A DNA stretch of 62,940 nucleotides, counting the filler, from Licmophora abbreviata (Eukaryota), in NCBI GenBank assembly GCA_900291995.1. It is 16 parts of 16 records of this genome, joined end to end, with 100 filler letters (N's around TTAATTAATTAA, not from the genome) between each part and the next. Parts side by side here need not be neighbours in the genome. Positions count along the whole stretch, not along the records: positions 9,837 to 11,599 come from OLMU01002049.1; positions 11,700 to 13,033 come from OLMU01002050.1; positions 13,134 to 21,499 come from OLMU01002052.1; positions 21,600 to 24,629 come from OLMU01002053.1; 12 more parts are not named here. The stretch is one strand, 5' to 3'. Below the pieces are notes generated by a model, which was not told the origin of the DNA, searched no databases, and was given only the letters and a program-made list of their open reading frames with translations. How positions within the stretch are numbered: position 1 is the stretch's first letter; the number at the start of each line of letters is the position of its first letter. This document shows, in pieces, positions 10,093 through 22,535 of this stretch. Both the position numbers and the translations under genes were made by a program.

Positions 10093-12057
10093 CTACCCTT
10101 CCTCAGGGCGACGAACCGTGCTCTCACCCTGTTTCCGCTCCGAAGCCAAAGGAGTGGGTGCTTGCTTCGTCGCCGCAGGTAACGGCGAAGAAGTAACATG
10201 ACTCTGATCGATCGAGACAATAAATGGGTGATTCAGCGCCTCGGTAGCCTTGAGTCTCTCTTTGGGGTCGAATGTTAGCATCTTATAAACGAGATCCACA
10301 AACAGTTCGTAGTTCCGGGGCGAGTTGCCAGTCTCGCTTGGCGGGTGCTTCTTTTTCCGAGTCGTATCCGCGCCAATCACCTCCGTGAGAGCTGAAATTG
10401 GATCTGTACTGGGAACGATCTTCTGTTTAGAAGGCGATGACCGTGATGTCGACGAGGCTGTTGCTGGAGTCTGGCGCACTGCCCACTCGTCAACGCCCGC
10501 TTCCGACTGTACCCGTTCAAAGAACTGCAGCCGCTGCGTGTCATTCGACTGATCCACCATTCGTGACGGAACCATACCCAGCATCTTTGAGTGACAAGCA
10601 AAGTCGGAGAATGCCGAGCGTGAGTTTCGGTTGTCCATGCTGACACCAGCGACAGTACACGACGGCAGAAAAATACACACCTTCACAATTTTTTGCATCT
10701 GGTCAAACTGATCTGCGCCGGAGAACAAGGGCTCTCCGGTATGCATCTCAACAAGAATGCAGCCCAGGCTCCACATGTCAATCGCGACGCTATACGGCAA
10801 TCCCAACATGACTTCAGGCGACCGATAGAACCGACTCTGAATGTACGAGTACATTCTCTTGTTCGACCGACACGACGAGCCGAAGTCGATCACTTTCACG
10901 CCGCTCCTCTTTGGATGCCGTAGCAAAATATTCTCGGGTTTCAAATCACAATGAATAATGTCAACGTCCTCTCGGGCTAGGAACGACAACGCCTTGAGAA
11001 TCTGCTTCGCAAACTTTCGGATCAGATTCAATGACACACCCCCGAACTGCGTATTCTTCAACAACTCGTACAAATTCAATGATAACATCTCAAACACTAG
11101 ACACTGATGATTTCGATATATGAAATGAGACAACAAACGAACTGGAGACGAGAATCGAGTAGAGATTGGATTGAATTGAACACGGTCAGCCACGAGTTCT
11201 CGAGCATGGGATTGCATGCACATCACTAGCACGCAAGGAATGAAACGCACCAATATTGTTTTGGTCTTCCGGATCCTGGTCCTGCAAATGCGACAGCAAC
11301 TCAATCTCCGTCTTTGCCTGCATCAAGAAGGGTTTCTTGGATTTGATAATTTTGATGGCCACGTCTTTGTTCGTCTCCGAATCATGCGCTCGGACAACCT
11401 GGCCAAACGACCCTTTCCCTATTCTCTCTTTGATGACGTATCTACCATAAAACATCTCTCCGCTCGTCACAATGTAATCAAAGTTCTCGTCGTCCCATCC
11501 ATTGTTGTTCGCGCCCTGTCCTTTTGCCTTCTGCGCAGCCCTCGCGGCCCTCCGTGCATCGCGTTCCTCATAGTAAACCTTATTGATGTGCTTATACGTN
11601 NNNNNNNNNNNNNNNNNNNNNNNNNNNNNNNNNNNNNNNNNNNTTAATTAATTAANNNNNNNNNNNNNNNNNNNNNNNNNNNNNNNNNNNNNNNNNNNNT
11701 CATTGTTCCCTCAGCTGCTGCCATTTCAGGATGTTGTCGGATTGGCGGATGTGGCTGTTGTTGGTGATGCATCATGACAGGGTTTCCCGGCGGCATATCT
11801 CCTCCTCCTGGGAACGGCGGTGCCGGTCTCGGTACCGCTGCTCCCGCTACAAAGTGTATCGGCTGAGACGCTGGAAAAGCTGGAATCTGCTGCTGTGACT
11901 GCTGCTGTTGTTGTTGTATCCACTGCTGCTGCTGCTGCTGCTGCTGTTGAGGTACCCCTGGATGTCGACTTGACGCCTTTGCAGCCTGAGTGGTCTGACT
12001 GAATGTCTTCTGCTGAGGCAGAAACTGTCTATCTTGTTCGTCTTCGAGATGATCCAT
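10093..12057 (-). CDS. DYRK1: DYRK1/minibrain-type dual-specificity kinase with polyQ N-terminus; introns 11142-11250 and 10585-10680; spans a gap
   Basis: DH box NNGWDDENFDY, IGKGSFGQV, HCDLKPEN, DFGSSC, activation loop YSYIQSRFYRSPE. Confidence 0.93.
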
Positions 12058-13133
12058 GACAGTATCCCAACAATTCGTTTCTCCCAGAGACCTCTATGCA
12101 TACACTATGTTAGGCCACCAGCCGATCCAGTCGTTCTAGAACCGCGCCAGACCCGTTTGTTGTTGATGTGTAGAATGACCAACGGGCACACACGCTGCCG
12201 CCGCCCTTGCTACAAAGAAGAAGTCAGCGACGCTCGTGTTTTTCTGTTTCTCGGAAAAACAGAAATCAATCTGCGCTCTTCCAGCGCTCACCACGACTTT
12301 CTATTCGTGAATGGGGGTGCCACACAAGGCACTCTCGTCGTCGTCTGTGGTGTTCTTTCTCCCAGTCGCGTCGTGTTGCGTGACGCCGGAAGAAGTCGAT
12401 CGCTCAAAACACGAAAGACACGCGAGGCAACGCTTGCGTGCCGGCAAGGGCCTTCATGAACGAAGACTTGTGCGATGCTTGCGTTTTCTCTGTCACTATT
12501 TCTCTCGAATATACAGTTATTCGCAACCAAATATCGTGGAAATATACATTTGCTGGAAGACTCTATGTCGTTTAGGGAGATGCGAGTCGTGGGACTTCGT
12601 AGAGGTTCTACGTGGAGCATCGCAGATAACGCCCCGGCCTACTCGCCTGGCTCGAAAGCGGATGACGTACGTACCGTCGGGTGAGCCCGCGTCTCATCTC
12701 CACTCTCCGCTCATAACCTTCTTACTACTCCAGTTTTAAATCCACTCTCCGACGACGGCGCAAACCATCATGAGGGTGACCATGATATGGATGGCTGATC
12801 CCTCATTACACCAAACGATCACCGATTTTCATGATTTCCGTCTCCCAGACATGTAGATTGGTTTCAGTAGGAAGAAGACAAAAGCTAAAACTATGGTGGT
12901 CGTCGTCAATGATGGAGCAATCCTTCACTTCGTCACCGACTCGTCGCACGAACACTAGAAAGCGGCGGCGTCCCTCGTCATTGAAACCGACCAAGAAGGA
13001 TTTCTTGCGATCGACGACAGAATCCAATGGACTNNNNNNNNNNNNNNNNNNNNNNNNNNNNNNNNNNNNNNNNNNNNTTAATTAATTAANNNNNNNNNNN
13101 NNNNNNNNNNNNNNNNNNNNNNNNNNNNNNNNN

Positions 13134-13666
13134 ACCAGTGGCAATCTCTGGATGAGATCGAAGAATCGACGCTTTCCGACAAAATGGCGGAAGCCGTTCG
13201 AATACGGCTGATGCAGAGCCTGGAAGCCACGAAAGATGCTATGAAGGAGACTATGGTTTCCTGGAAAGATACACTCATGGGCGAGTCATCGAAAGAGACT
13301 ACTGACACGACATCCAAGGAGGTTAAAACCGCTGCACCATCAAGGCCAGCACTGAGCGAAGCAAAGGTCACGAGTGCCGTCGAAGAGGCCGCCGTAGCAA
13401 CACATCGAGCTGCAGATATTATTCGATCGTCATCGTCGTCTACCAGGTCAACAGACGCAGCAAAACTGTCGGAGGCCGCAAGTAAAGCGGCTGTCGCAGC
13501 CTCGGATGCTGCTGCAGCTGCCGAACGTGCCGCCGACTCCGTCAATCTTGGTCTTTCCAGACATCCGTCGGACACGAAGAATGACGGGCCGTTGAGACGA
13601 ACGTGGAAGAGATGGTTTGGAAAAGGTCAAGGAAACAAAGGTGACGAAGAACCCTCGAACCCTTAA
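13134..13666 (+). CDS. Hypothetical Ala/Ser-rich protein, C-terminal part (5' end in or before gap)
   Basis: Frame is open from the gap edge to TAA; helical, low-complexity sequence; family not recognised. Confidence 0.5.
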
Positions 13667-14297
13667 ACTTGTGAAATCGAGAAGCAGACACATAGAGTTA
13701 GTACTATTCGAGTGTGGCTTGTACGGCCTGAGTAGGTGTCCAACTTGCGTTTCTCCCTCGTCGTGAAGTCTTGCCTCTCGTTTTTCGTCTTCGACGTACG
13801 ACGTGTCTCTATGACTAGTAGAGGTCTTGACTTCCTGATGGCAATATAGCTTAAGTATGCTACATGCTGGTACGTAGCATGCCTGGGTATTAGACTACTA
13901 TACCAGACTAGCATCGGTACTTCGGCGCACGTCACTTGGTTGAGTGGATACTCCGCCCTGTTCTTTGGAATTGTGGCGCGCCAAAACTGATTCGAATTGA
14001 ACGGAAAGATCTAGAGCCGATTCCCAGAAGCCATAAGTACTTTTTAAAAACGATTATTGCCCCTCGTTTTTACTCTTAGCATTGAAATTTATAAGTAAAG
14101 TGATACACATAGTATCATGATCCGGATCGCGGGCGCGGGCTTTAGCGGGATCCCGTGGCAACCACGTAGAAACATACTGGAACAATGGAGATTTGAAATG
14201 CGATGGCCGGGGGCGACTCCCACAAGACTAGTGCGGTCACAAATTTTCCAGCACCACGTTGATGGTGAGGTTGCTCAATACAACAACGAGAGCAACC

Positions 14298-15740
14298 ATG
14301 AACTCCCCCGGAGACACGTTCTCCGAATCCTCGTCCAACGAGGCTCACGATGCTATCATGGACATTGGAGTGCCAGAACCCGTTGTTACGACTGGGAAGA
14401 CGACCAAGAAGGTGGCAAAGGCGAAGCCCTGGTACCAACTTCGCTTTGTGTACTGTCTAGGACTCTTTCTCTTGCTTTCTGGGATGTTAGGTATATTCTT
14501 GGCCCTGTTTTTGGGCACTGACCTCCTTTCCGGGAAATCGGACAATAGCTCTTCAGGTTCCACTGGTCTCGGGGCGGTCACGTCGTTCCCGACCGTAGCT
14601 CCAACCGAGCAGCCCACCTCCGAGCCTTCAGGCGTCGCAGCGACGGCAAGGCCGACCGAAGTACCTTCGCTGCGGCCGACCGCCCCACCCACCGCGGCCC
14701 CATCGAAAGCATCACCACCCCCTACGCCTTTCCCTTCTGCTCCACCGCCCGAGTCGTTGAACTTGGAAACATTCTCGTTCTACGTCATGGGCGATGTCCC
14801 GTATGCGCCCTGGGAAGAGGAGGTCCTCAAGGATCAAATGGCCGACATGTCCTTAAATCGGCCCATAGGATCCACCTTCGCCGTCCACGTCGGGGATCTT
14901 ATGAAGTCCGCTCGTACGAGCTGCGCCGAGTTCTCCTTCAAGGGCGTGGCCAACATTCTCCTTCAGGGTCCTGTACCGACCTTTGTCATGCAGGGCGACA
15001 ACGATTCCCAGGATTGCCCGGACCCGGAGCTAGCAGACGACTTCTTTCACAATACGTTTGTATCCCACCCCATCAATGCTATCGCTTTTGAACAGCAGTG
15101 GAGTCAAGAAGGGAGACTTCCTAGTGACGTGGAGAAACTGAGTGTCAATCGCTGGGTCAAGCACCCTGACCAATTTGCGTTTGTCAAGAATGACATTCTC
15201 TTTGTATCCGTGCGCATAATGCGGGTAAGGCCAATCGACAATGCCTTTGGGAAACAGGATAAGTGGGACGCTCGTATTCCGGACAGTATCGAATGGTTCA
15301 CTTCAAACCTCGAGCGAGCCCTGAACACCACGCAACTTCGAGGTGTCGTCATCTTTGGTCATGCTCTGCGCGACGAACAAACCCGTCCGTTCTTCGAAGG
15401 AATCGTGCCTCTGTTTGTACCCATGCGAGTTAACATTCCTGTCCTCTACCTCCATGGAGATGGACATAGCTGGGGCGTCGACACGAAATTTGCGGATCAG
15501 ACGGGCTGGTCTCAATTCTCAGATATTCAAGTGGAGCAAGGCGCTCTGGCCGACCCGCTTCTGATCGAAGTTGCTCCTGTCGTAGAAGATGTCATGTTAC
15601 CATTGACGAAAGAAAAGAAGGAGCACTTTGTCTTTGGCGATGGCTTGTTCCGTGTTGACCGTCAGCGCGGAAGTACGACTAGCAGAGCCTACATTCGTCT
15701 ATGCGCTTTCTGCCGATGGCGTTGTAGCATCACCTTATAA
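14298..15740 (+). CDS. Type II membrane calcineurin-like metallophosphoesterase with Pro/Thr stalk (true stop may be 15682 after a 1-nt indel)
   Basis: TM helix FVYCLGLFLLLSGMLGIFLALFL; metal motifs MGDVPY, HVGD, GDND, FGH, HGDGH. Confidence 0.8.
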   Translation: MNSPGDTFSESSSNEAHDAIMDIGVPEPVVTTGKTTKKVAKAKPWYQLRFVYCLGLFLLLSGMLGIFLALFLGTDLLSGKSDNSSSGSTGLGAVTSFPTVAPTEQPTSEPSGVAATARPTEVPSLRPTAPPTAAPSKASPPPTPFPSAPPPESLNLETFSFYVMGDVPYAPWEEEVLKDQMADMSLNRPIGSTFAVHVGDLMKSARTSCAEFSFKGVANILLQGPVPTFVMQGDNDSQDCPDPELADDFFHNTFVSHPINAIAFEQQWSQEGRLPSDVEKLSVNRWVKHPDQFAFVKNDILFVSVRIMRVRPIDNAFGKQDKWDARIPDSIEWFTSNLERALNTTQLRGVVIFGHALRDEQTRPFFEGIVPLFVPMRVNIPVLYLHGDGHSWGVDTKFADQTGWSQFSDIQVEQGALADPLLIEVAPVVEDVMLPLTKEKKEHFVFGDGLFRVDRQRGSTTSRAYIRLCAFCRWRCSITL

Positions 15741-16060
15741 GCTTGGTGGACGAATGCGGGAAGTATTTTCTCCCGCGTTTACTACTTTTTTAGACATTCC
15801 AACTTACGACAGTAACTTAGTTTTTAAGCTAGTCTACGCCTGTCATGCCAAGGAGAGCTACCGAGGAGCAGAGTTTCACTGTCGAGTGGCTGCGATGTCG
15901 TCAACGATGTATCAACACTTCACACGACAGAGCAGTTGTAGCACCACTGCCGATGGATAGATGTCATGGGCTTTCCCTCTGCCGGTAGGGCGAAGCTGAT
16001 CATCACAGGCCGGAGTCGGACTCATACCCATGTTGTGGACGTGAATGCTGTCGTTGTGGA

Positions 16061-16876
16061 GTGTCCACGGTCGTCGTTTCCACGCCGACCAAACCTACTT
16101 TTGAAGTCACATCATTTCTGTGTGTCCACAGTCTTCGTTGCCAACCCAGAACAATGCCTCGAGGCCATGAGCTCTCATACTATATGACTACCATGAGAAC
16201 TGAGTCTCCTCCAAAGCAACCAACGCCAGGCATGGACTCTTCGGTGATGGGCGGATTATCTCTAGATGAGATCGAAGTTCGGCTTCAAGATCTGAAACGC
16301 CGAATGGAAGTTGCCATTGCCGTGAATGAGGCGGACATCTTACGGATGAGTATTGAACAAAAGCAACGAGAAGAGTTTCTTGTGTCCCTGGACCAAGGAA
16401 AGCTCTTCCGTGATAGCTCAACCATAGGGCAATCGGTGCGAGCAGCGCGTTTGAGGATGTCGCCCACCTCGGAATCGTCACCCTCGAGGTGGAGCGAGTC
16501 AAGGAGCCAAAAAAGCGTTGAGAGTAGCTTATCCTCCGCTACATCCTCGTTTTCGTCTGGAGAGCAGTCTATCTCCACCAATGGATCATCTGAGTCTCAC
16601 TCATCACCCGGTGAAACGAGCATACGAACCGCACAGTCGGCGATGCGGATGGATGCGATTCGGCAGCTTAACCACATTCAGGAAGTCAAGATTCAATCCA
16701 TGCTCCAGAATCTCCGTCAGAGCATGTTCAAGACGAGCCTAACGGACGATGATAAATCAAACCTTTCGCTCCCTCGAAGAGAGGACCAATACCATGGCAT
16801 TCCCACGGTTGGTGATGGCGAATCCAACATGATGACGAGTGGAGCCGCGTATCCCCCTGATGCCCAATCCATATAA
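16061..16876 (+). CDS. Hypothetical Ser-rich coiled-coil protein (start uncertain)
   Basis: 271-aa ORF filling the space between genes; coiled-coil LDEIEVRLQDLKRRME; family not recognised. Confidence 0.5.
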   Translation: MSTVVVSTPTKPTFEVTSFLCVHSLRCQPRTMPRGHELSYYMTTMRTESPPKQPTPGMDSSVMGGLSLDEIEVRLQDLKRRMEVAIAVNEADILRMSIEQKQREEFLVSLDQGKLFRDSSTIGQSVRAARLRMSPTSESSPSRWSESRSQKSVESSLSSATSSFSSGEQSISTNGSSESHSSPGETSIRTAQSAMRMDAIRQLNHIQEVKIQSMLQNLRQSMFKTSLTDDDKSNLSLPRREDQYHGIPTVGDGESNMMTSGAAYPPDAQSI

Positions 16877-17035
16877 CTGCAAGGACTTGAGCCTCCAGGA
16901 GAGTAGAATATGGCAGCGTTGCGTGCGCCTTTCAGTCTTGTTAGGGTTGTAGACTAATAAGGACTTACTGATGTAGCTCCCGTCATGCGCGAAACCGAGT
17001 TCAAAATCCATCTATCTCTGGTTCGCACGACAGAC

Positions 17036-17047
17036 TTTCCCGCCAAA
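17036..17047. promoter_or_regulatory. Canonical E2F-type site TTTCCCGCCAAA upstream of ASCC2
   Basis: Exact match to TTTSSCGC, about 65 nt before the ATG; function not shown. Confidence 0.35.
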
Positions 17048-17109
17048 CGTTCGATTTCAACCACTGCTCGTCGACACTCCGACAGACACACGAACCCGCC
17101 GACCCATGA

Positions 17110-18819
17110 ATGAGCACATTGATCGTTGGTGCCTTCGAAACTATGTCAGATCAGGCTGAACAATGTAGCGATGATGCTGCTGTATCAATCGCTGATCTGG
17201 TGGGGGCATTGGAAGATTTGTCGGTGACTCAAAGCGGGGAAGAACAGCGACAAGCCTCACTGCCATCATCTCTGCACCTATATCGAGCCGGATTGGTGAT
17301 ATACCACCTCAGAGAGAAAGGAACTAAGGCAGATCACGAGCGCGTGCGATCAATCGTTCAAGATCTCTTATTGTGTCTCCCTGTGGACTATCTATCGCGT
17401 GTTTTGTTGAGCGAGCTAAATTCCGCGTTCATGGCCGTGTTGCTGCCCAGCGAGAAGCCCACCGACGATGACAACTCGGCTAGTCTACTCGGGATGCGGT
17501 CGATGTGTGGGATATACGAAAACATCAAAGTAACCTGTATGAACGGTTTCTCAAGGGAGCTTTGTTCCTCCCTGGCTGTGGCCTATGACAGTTTACGGCG
17601 ACAGCTTTCGAACCGAGACGAGTTTCTCTGCACCAGATTGCTGGGTACGCTGTCTTCGCTTCTTCTAGACGGAGTTTTGGGAAGCAGCGAGTCAAACGAG
17701 GAGGACGAAGAAAGTCGAATAGAAGTCATTATGGAAACGATCAAGGAGCTAACGCTGGACCAGCAAAATACGTACTTGGGGGACACTCTAGAGTTTCAGC
17801 GCCGAACCGATCACTCGAGAACCGACTCGTACTTGCCATCTGTTCTGATGTCTCGATTGCGAAAATCACCGCAAAGGGACTATCTGCTTCTTATGCTTGA
17901 GTCGGCAGCTTGCTCCAGCACTTCAAATTCCCGCACGATGCTTGAGGTAGACCATGATATGAAGCGTCCGTCTGCCCCGTCGAAACCTACCACTGCGCAA
18001 TCCGAAATTCAGCGTCGGATACAGCGGGTCCGTGACGTTCTGCCGGATCTGGGAGAAGGCTACGTCGAGACAGCGTTGTCGTGTTTTCAGGGCGACGTGG
18101 AACGTACGGTAGCGGTATTGCTCGAGGGACAGTACGACCTCTCGTCATTGCCAGTGGCTCTGCAGCGACTGGATCGGAATCTGCCTGCTCGACACACTGA
18201 GACGACACCTGATGCGTACACGCTCGACGATGACGAAGCCCGCCGGGTGACCAAACAGCGCGCGGCCGAAATGCAGCGGTTGGAAGAAGCGGAAGCATAT
18301 GCATTGAACGTCATGACGGCGCATCACAATGAGTACGATGACGACTACGACGATCAGTACGATGGGATGGATGGAGGTGACTTAGGTGGCGGCGATGGCG
18401 AGACCTACGACGTCGACCTGGACACAATTCGAACGTACAATCGAGTGGCACGTGCAGCTGAAAAGGAAGAAATGTTCTGGAAAGAAACTCGTAACGTCAA
18501 CAAAGCACAAGCAGGCGCAAGACAGAAGCAATCGGAAGAGGGAGGCGAGGCCCCCAGCAGATATCGTGGAAGGGACAAGGGCAAGGGAGGCCGCTTGATA
18601 GGGCCCGACGGGAAGTACCTGCCAGTTCAGAAAGGTGGAAAGAAGGGTCGCCAGCAACAAGCAAAGCAACAGACCGAAGCAAGAGCGGAAAATGGCGAGG
18701 AAAGACAGGGCGACGGCATGACAAAGATCCAGAAGCGGCGAAAGAACGACAACAAGGCGAAAGTGGGGAACCATCATCGCAAAGAAAGAGCCCAGAAGAA
18801 AGCAGCATCGGGAATGTGA
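17110..18819 (+). CDS. ASCC2: CUE-domain protein, ASC-1 complex subunit 2 (Cue3) homologue
   Basis: CUE domain IQRVRDVLPDLGEGYVETAL..F.GDVE..VA.LLEG, EYDDDYDDQYD motif, basic C-terminus NKAKVGNHHRKERAQKK. Confidence 0.82.
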   Translation: MSTLIVGAFETMSDQAEQCSDDAAVSIADLVGALEDLSVTQSGEEQRQASLPSSLHLYRAGLVIYHLREKGTKADHERVRSIVQDLLLCLPVDYLSRVLLSELNSAFMAVLLPSEKPTDDDNSASLLGMRSMCGIYENIKVTCMNGFSRELCSSLAVAYDSLRRQLSNRDEFLCTRLLGTLSSLLLDGVLGSSESNEEDEESRIEVIMETIKELTLDQQNTYLGDTLEFQRRTDHSRTDSYLPSVLMSRLRKSPQRDYLLLMLESAACSSTSNSRTMLEVDHDMKRPSAPSKPTTAQSEIQRRIQRVRDVLPDLGEGYVETALSCFQGDVERTVAVLLEGQYDLSSLPVALQRLDRNLPARHTETTPDAYTLDDDEARRVTKQRAAEMQRLEEAEAYALNVMTAHHNEYDDDYDDQYDGMDGGDLGGGDGETYDVDLDTIRTYNRVARAAEKEEMFWKETRNVNKAQAGARQKQSEEGGEAPSRYRGRDKGKGGRLIGPDGKYLPVQKGGKKGRQQQAKQQTEARAENGEERQGDGMTKIQKRRKNDNKAKVGNHHRKERAQKKAASGM

Positions 18820-18886
18820 AATCTTCCCAACAAATTAGACTTTTAGTTCGTACAATAATATTGGACCCCAACACGTCAGGATAAAC

Positions 18887-21800
18887 TCAGACCTTCTGCT
18901 GGGCAGCCTGCGACACTGACGGGTCCGCTAAGATAAAGAACTTAGCGCCGTTGAGTTCGATGCCATGAATATCCCCTTGCCAAGTCTTTTCATTGTCCAT
19001 GAGCGTATCCAGAGCCATCTTCGCTTGTGAAGATGTCAACTGAGCAGCGGCGTCTGCTTTCATACCAAGAAGACTTTCGCCGACCTTGTCTGATACAATT
19101 GCATCGATCACCCCCGATTCGTCTTCTATGTGTACCGCAAACTGGAAGATAGCTGAGCCAGGCGTAGGACCAGCAATACATAAGTTTTTCAACCCACTGG
19201 TTCCTTCTCCGGCACCTGGGATCGTATCGGTAATGCGAAACTTCACCGCAATCGAACTTGGAACTGGCTCGGAGATGCAACGAGCGATACAGAGATCCAA
19301 AGATGGAGCGGGCTGCGCGTCCCGTGTCGGCACACTGGCAGCAATGGACATGGCCGCGTCTGTAGCAAGACCTGGCATTCCCCCCTCAAGTGGCAACACG
19401 CCGCTCGCGGGATTAAAGGGGTCCTTCTTTTTCACACGAGAATCATGCTCTTCCAACATTACTCGGATCTCAAAGGTCTGTTTTGGCAACGGTGTCAGCC
19501 ATGCCTTGGAAGAGACGTTCAAACCTGACGGCAAATGTCGGAGAAAGAGTGTTAGCACGCGTATGCCCTAGGTTGCAGAAAAGTTCCAGCCACAACTTAC
19601 ATCTCAGTCCGTTGAACAACTTTCCTTCGTGCACATTTCGAAGTCGAACGAAGCTTCCAGGTTTTACCACTTTAGAGACCAGGTCCCACTGAGCATCTTC
19701 CCATATGGCAACGTTCGCAACACGACCACATAACGACTTGGGAGGTTCAAGCGCAGTGTGCACCGAAGAGTCTTGCGCTGACTCGAAACCAGAATCTGCC
19801 GGCTCGACCTTCCACCCATTGATCACATCAGCAATCGACATTACAGCTTCTGCAGACGGGTCGCCCTTCCTTGTGGCCTCTGCAGCTGACGCAGAAGAGA
19901 CTGGAAGACTACGAGACGATAGAGAAATGAAGGGTGTGAGACACACGACGTGTTGCGAGCCGCATACACGTAGACAACTCACAAGTCTGATTCAGGTGGC
20001 CCTGTCCCATCCCACACGCGAAGGAACGCAAGAGGCGACATGCCATTTCGCAACTCCGGCGGGACAGGAAGAACAGCAGAGACGAGCACAGTAAAATCGC
20101 CTCGAGCCATTTCGGTAAAAGCTTGGCTTTGTTCCTGTCGAGACAAGTCCATCAGCTTGAAGCGCTGTGCAAACTTCATCGTAGGATGGGACTTGAGTCG
20201 TTCTTTCGCCCATTTCCATAGCTCCGATGATAGCAGAACGTCCTGTGGTTCAAGCGTAACCTCCTGTCTGGCGGTCGGGATGAAGTCCCAGTTGTCCTGG
20301 ACGTCTAGCGATGCATCTTGTGTCGGATCTTTTGGTCGAGAAACGACGTACGAGGACGCCCTACGGCCCAACAGCTGAACCTGCTCCTTCCACAGCTAGG
20401 GTACGGACGACGAGACGAGACGAATTTAGTGTCGACCCGAAAGAGGAAGAAAAACACACGCCTTTACTCGACTTACTTGCACTTGAACACGATGAAGACG
20501 GAGGATGTCACCAGCTTGCCTTAAATTTGGGAGGCTTTGGCGTTCCTTGCAGAATATGTTGAGGACAATGGACGCAACTGTGTCGTCACTAGAGGCACTC
20601 GACACATCCGGCAGAGGAAGGGTTTCGTCCACTAGTGAGACGCTAAGCATCCAATCGCCCTTCTTGGTCAGAAAGGGCGATCCAAAACCGAGTACCGTGG
20701 CGTAGATGTTTGCCTGGAGATGCGTCTCCCCTGCACCCGAAGCCTGGAGATCGCCTACCAGCTTGCTTAGCTCATTCTGCGATGGATGTCGTACAATGAG
20801 TGAGATAGTTTGTCAAGCGAACGAGCGGTGAGCTAGCCTGGAACTCCGACGTACCAATTTGTGATAGACCACGGCAGTCTTGGGACGTTTGGTGCGTGGT
20901 GAAGCCGGTTGCTTATTTTCGCCGTCCTCTTTGGCGAGAGCGCTTCTCTTCTTCCCAGTTTCCGAGTCGTCCACGTTTCTCGTCTCTACTTCAGGCCGCG
21001 TCGCAGTGGCGGTTGTCAGCGGAGTATGTTCTCCTTGTTGCTCCCCTTCACGTGATTCCCGTGGTGTCGGACTTTTCTTTTTGCTAGTCATTGGAGACGC
21101 TCGCTCCTTATCGACCACAATCGGACCCCCATCGTCGTCGTCGTCATGATCCCAAGCCTCGTACTTCTCTTGGACTTTGAGCTGCTGTTGAAGGTCACTC
21201 GTTTCCTTTATTTGGATTCTCCCTTGACGAATCGACTCGGGCGTCAAATCAATTTCTTGCATGACCTCCCCCTCCGTAGTGGATGCTTGTTCAAGTGGCA
21301 GTATCGCTGCAGTCACAACGAGTCGCTGCGGGTCGTGAAAGTACACGCGCGCCATGCTTCCATCGCCAGTGTCCATCTTCATCGTACTCTTGTCGCCAAT
21401 GCAGACACAAAAAGGTACCAACGTTTCCTCGTCGAACCAGTTCTTGGGGGGTGCGGGATGATGCATTTGGCAGGCACGTGCTGCAGTGAGAGTAGACCGN
21501 NNNNNNNNNNNNNNNNNNNNNNNNNNNNNNNNNNNNNNNNNNNTTAATTAATTAANNNNNNNNNNNNNNNNNNNNNNNNNNNNNNNNNNNNNNNNNNNNA
21601 TCAGTCGTCATCGTCGTCGACGACGGAGTGGGCTGCCATTCCGCCCGTCTGATCTGACGAAGCCCCCAGACCTTCTCCAAGCGACAAATGCTCAAAGAAA
21701 GATCTTGAGTGTACATGCTAAGCTGCGACACAGTCGTGGTGACATGCGTGGTCTCGGACACGTGAGGAATAGACTTGGCCAAAATCTTCTTGTGAGGAGC

Positions 21801-22223
21801 GGGATTCGGAGTGCCAGCCGGAGAAGGAATCGAGTCTTCCGAAGTCCCCTGAGACGGCTCCTGTTGCGTGTTCCAGAAAGGCACTTCCAATTCATCATTT
21901 TCAGGGACAATGTAGTCGGTCTCTTCTTCCTCCTCTTCGTCATCGTCGTCCTTGAGAACAATGCGCTTCTCCATGTAATTCATCAGGCGTTCGTTGCGCA
22001 TGTCTTTCCACTCCTCGTATGAAATATTCTTCTTCTGAGAGTCCAATACACTGCGTGACGATATTGCAGAAGAGGTGCGAGAGGAGGGCGAGCGAGTGGA
22101 AGAAATGGACTGGGAGTAGTCGTCGTCGCCGCCGTCGTGTTGCGGTGGATCGGCGTGTTTCGCATTGGGCTCATTTTCACCGTTTGCCATGAAAGTTTTG
22201 ACGAATTTTATAAGGCCACTCAT
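18887..22223 (-). CDS. POT1: POT1-like telomeric ssDNA-binding OB-fold protein with long N-terminal extension; multi-exon; spans a gap
   Basis: OB1: NIYATV...GDWMLSVSLVD, NIF...LP...AGDILRLHRVQVQ. OB2: LRVWDGTG, VKPGSFVRLRNV. C-terminal OB: IEDESGVIDAIV. Joining 21600-22223 across the gap is inferred. Confidence 0.75.
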
Positions 22224-22535
22224 AGTGATGGAGATACGTCGGATACAAAGGACTGCAGTGGGAAATAAGAGAAGGCAGCAAAACGCGGATGACGGACTCC
22301 ACTGACACCCGCGGCGTCGCGGTGTCCATGGTCTGTGTGTTGTATGTGTGAGTCTTCCAAGTTCAAATGGATGTGTCCGTCGGTGGTGTTTTCGCCTTGT
22401 TGGAGCTCGTGATGGCGTAGATTGTGTACTGGTATATGCGTAGAACGGAAGATTCAAAATTTGCAAGAACGCGTGATGCGAACCGCTGCGGCGCGCACGC
22501 CGTTCCGCAAGACACCAAAAGCAGCGCCGCCGACC

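Noticed and set aside
11889..11950. CAG/CAA runs in DYRK1 (and in ORC3 at ~7846-7870)
   Set aside because: Ordinary short polyQ tracts.
12770..13033. Short ORFs on both strands before the gap, one + frame with two in-frame TAG codons
   Set aside because: No recognisable family and strand ambiguous; TAG is an ordinary stop elsewhere in the window, so readthrough is unsupported.
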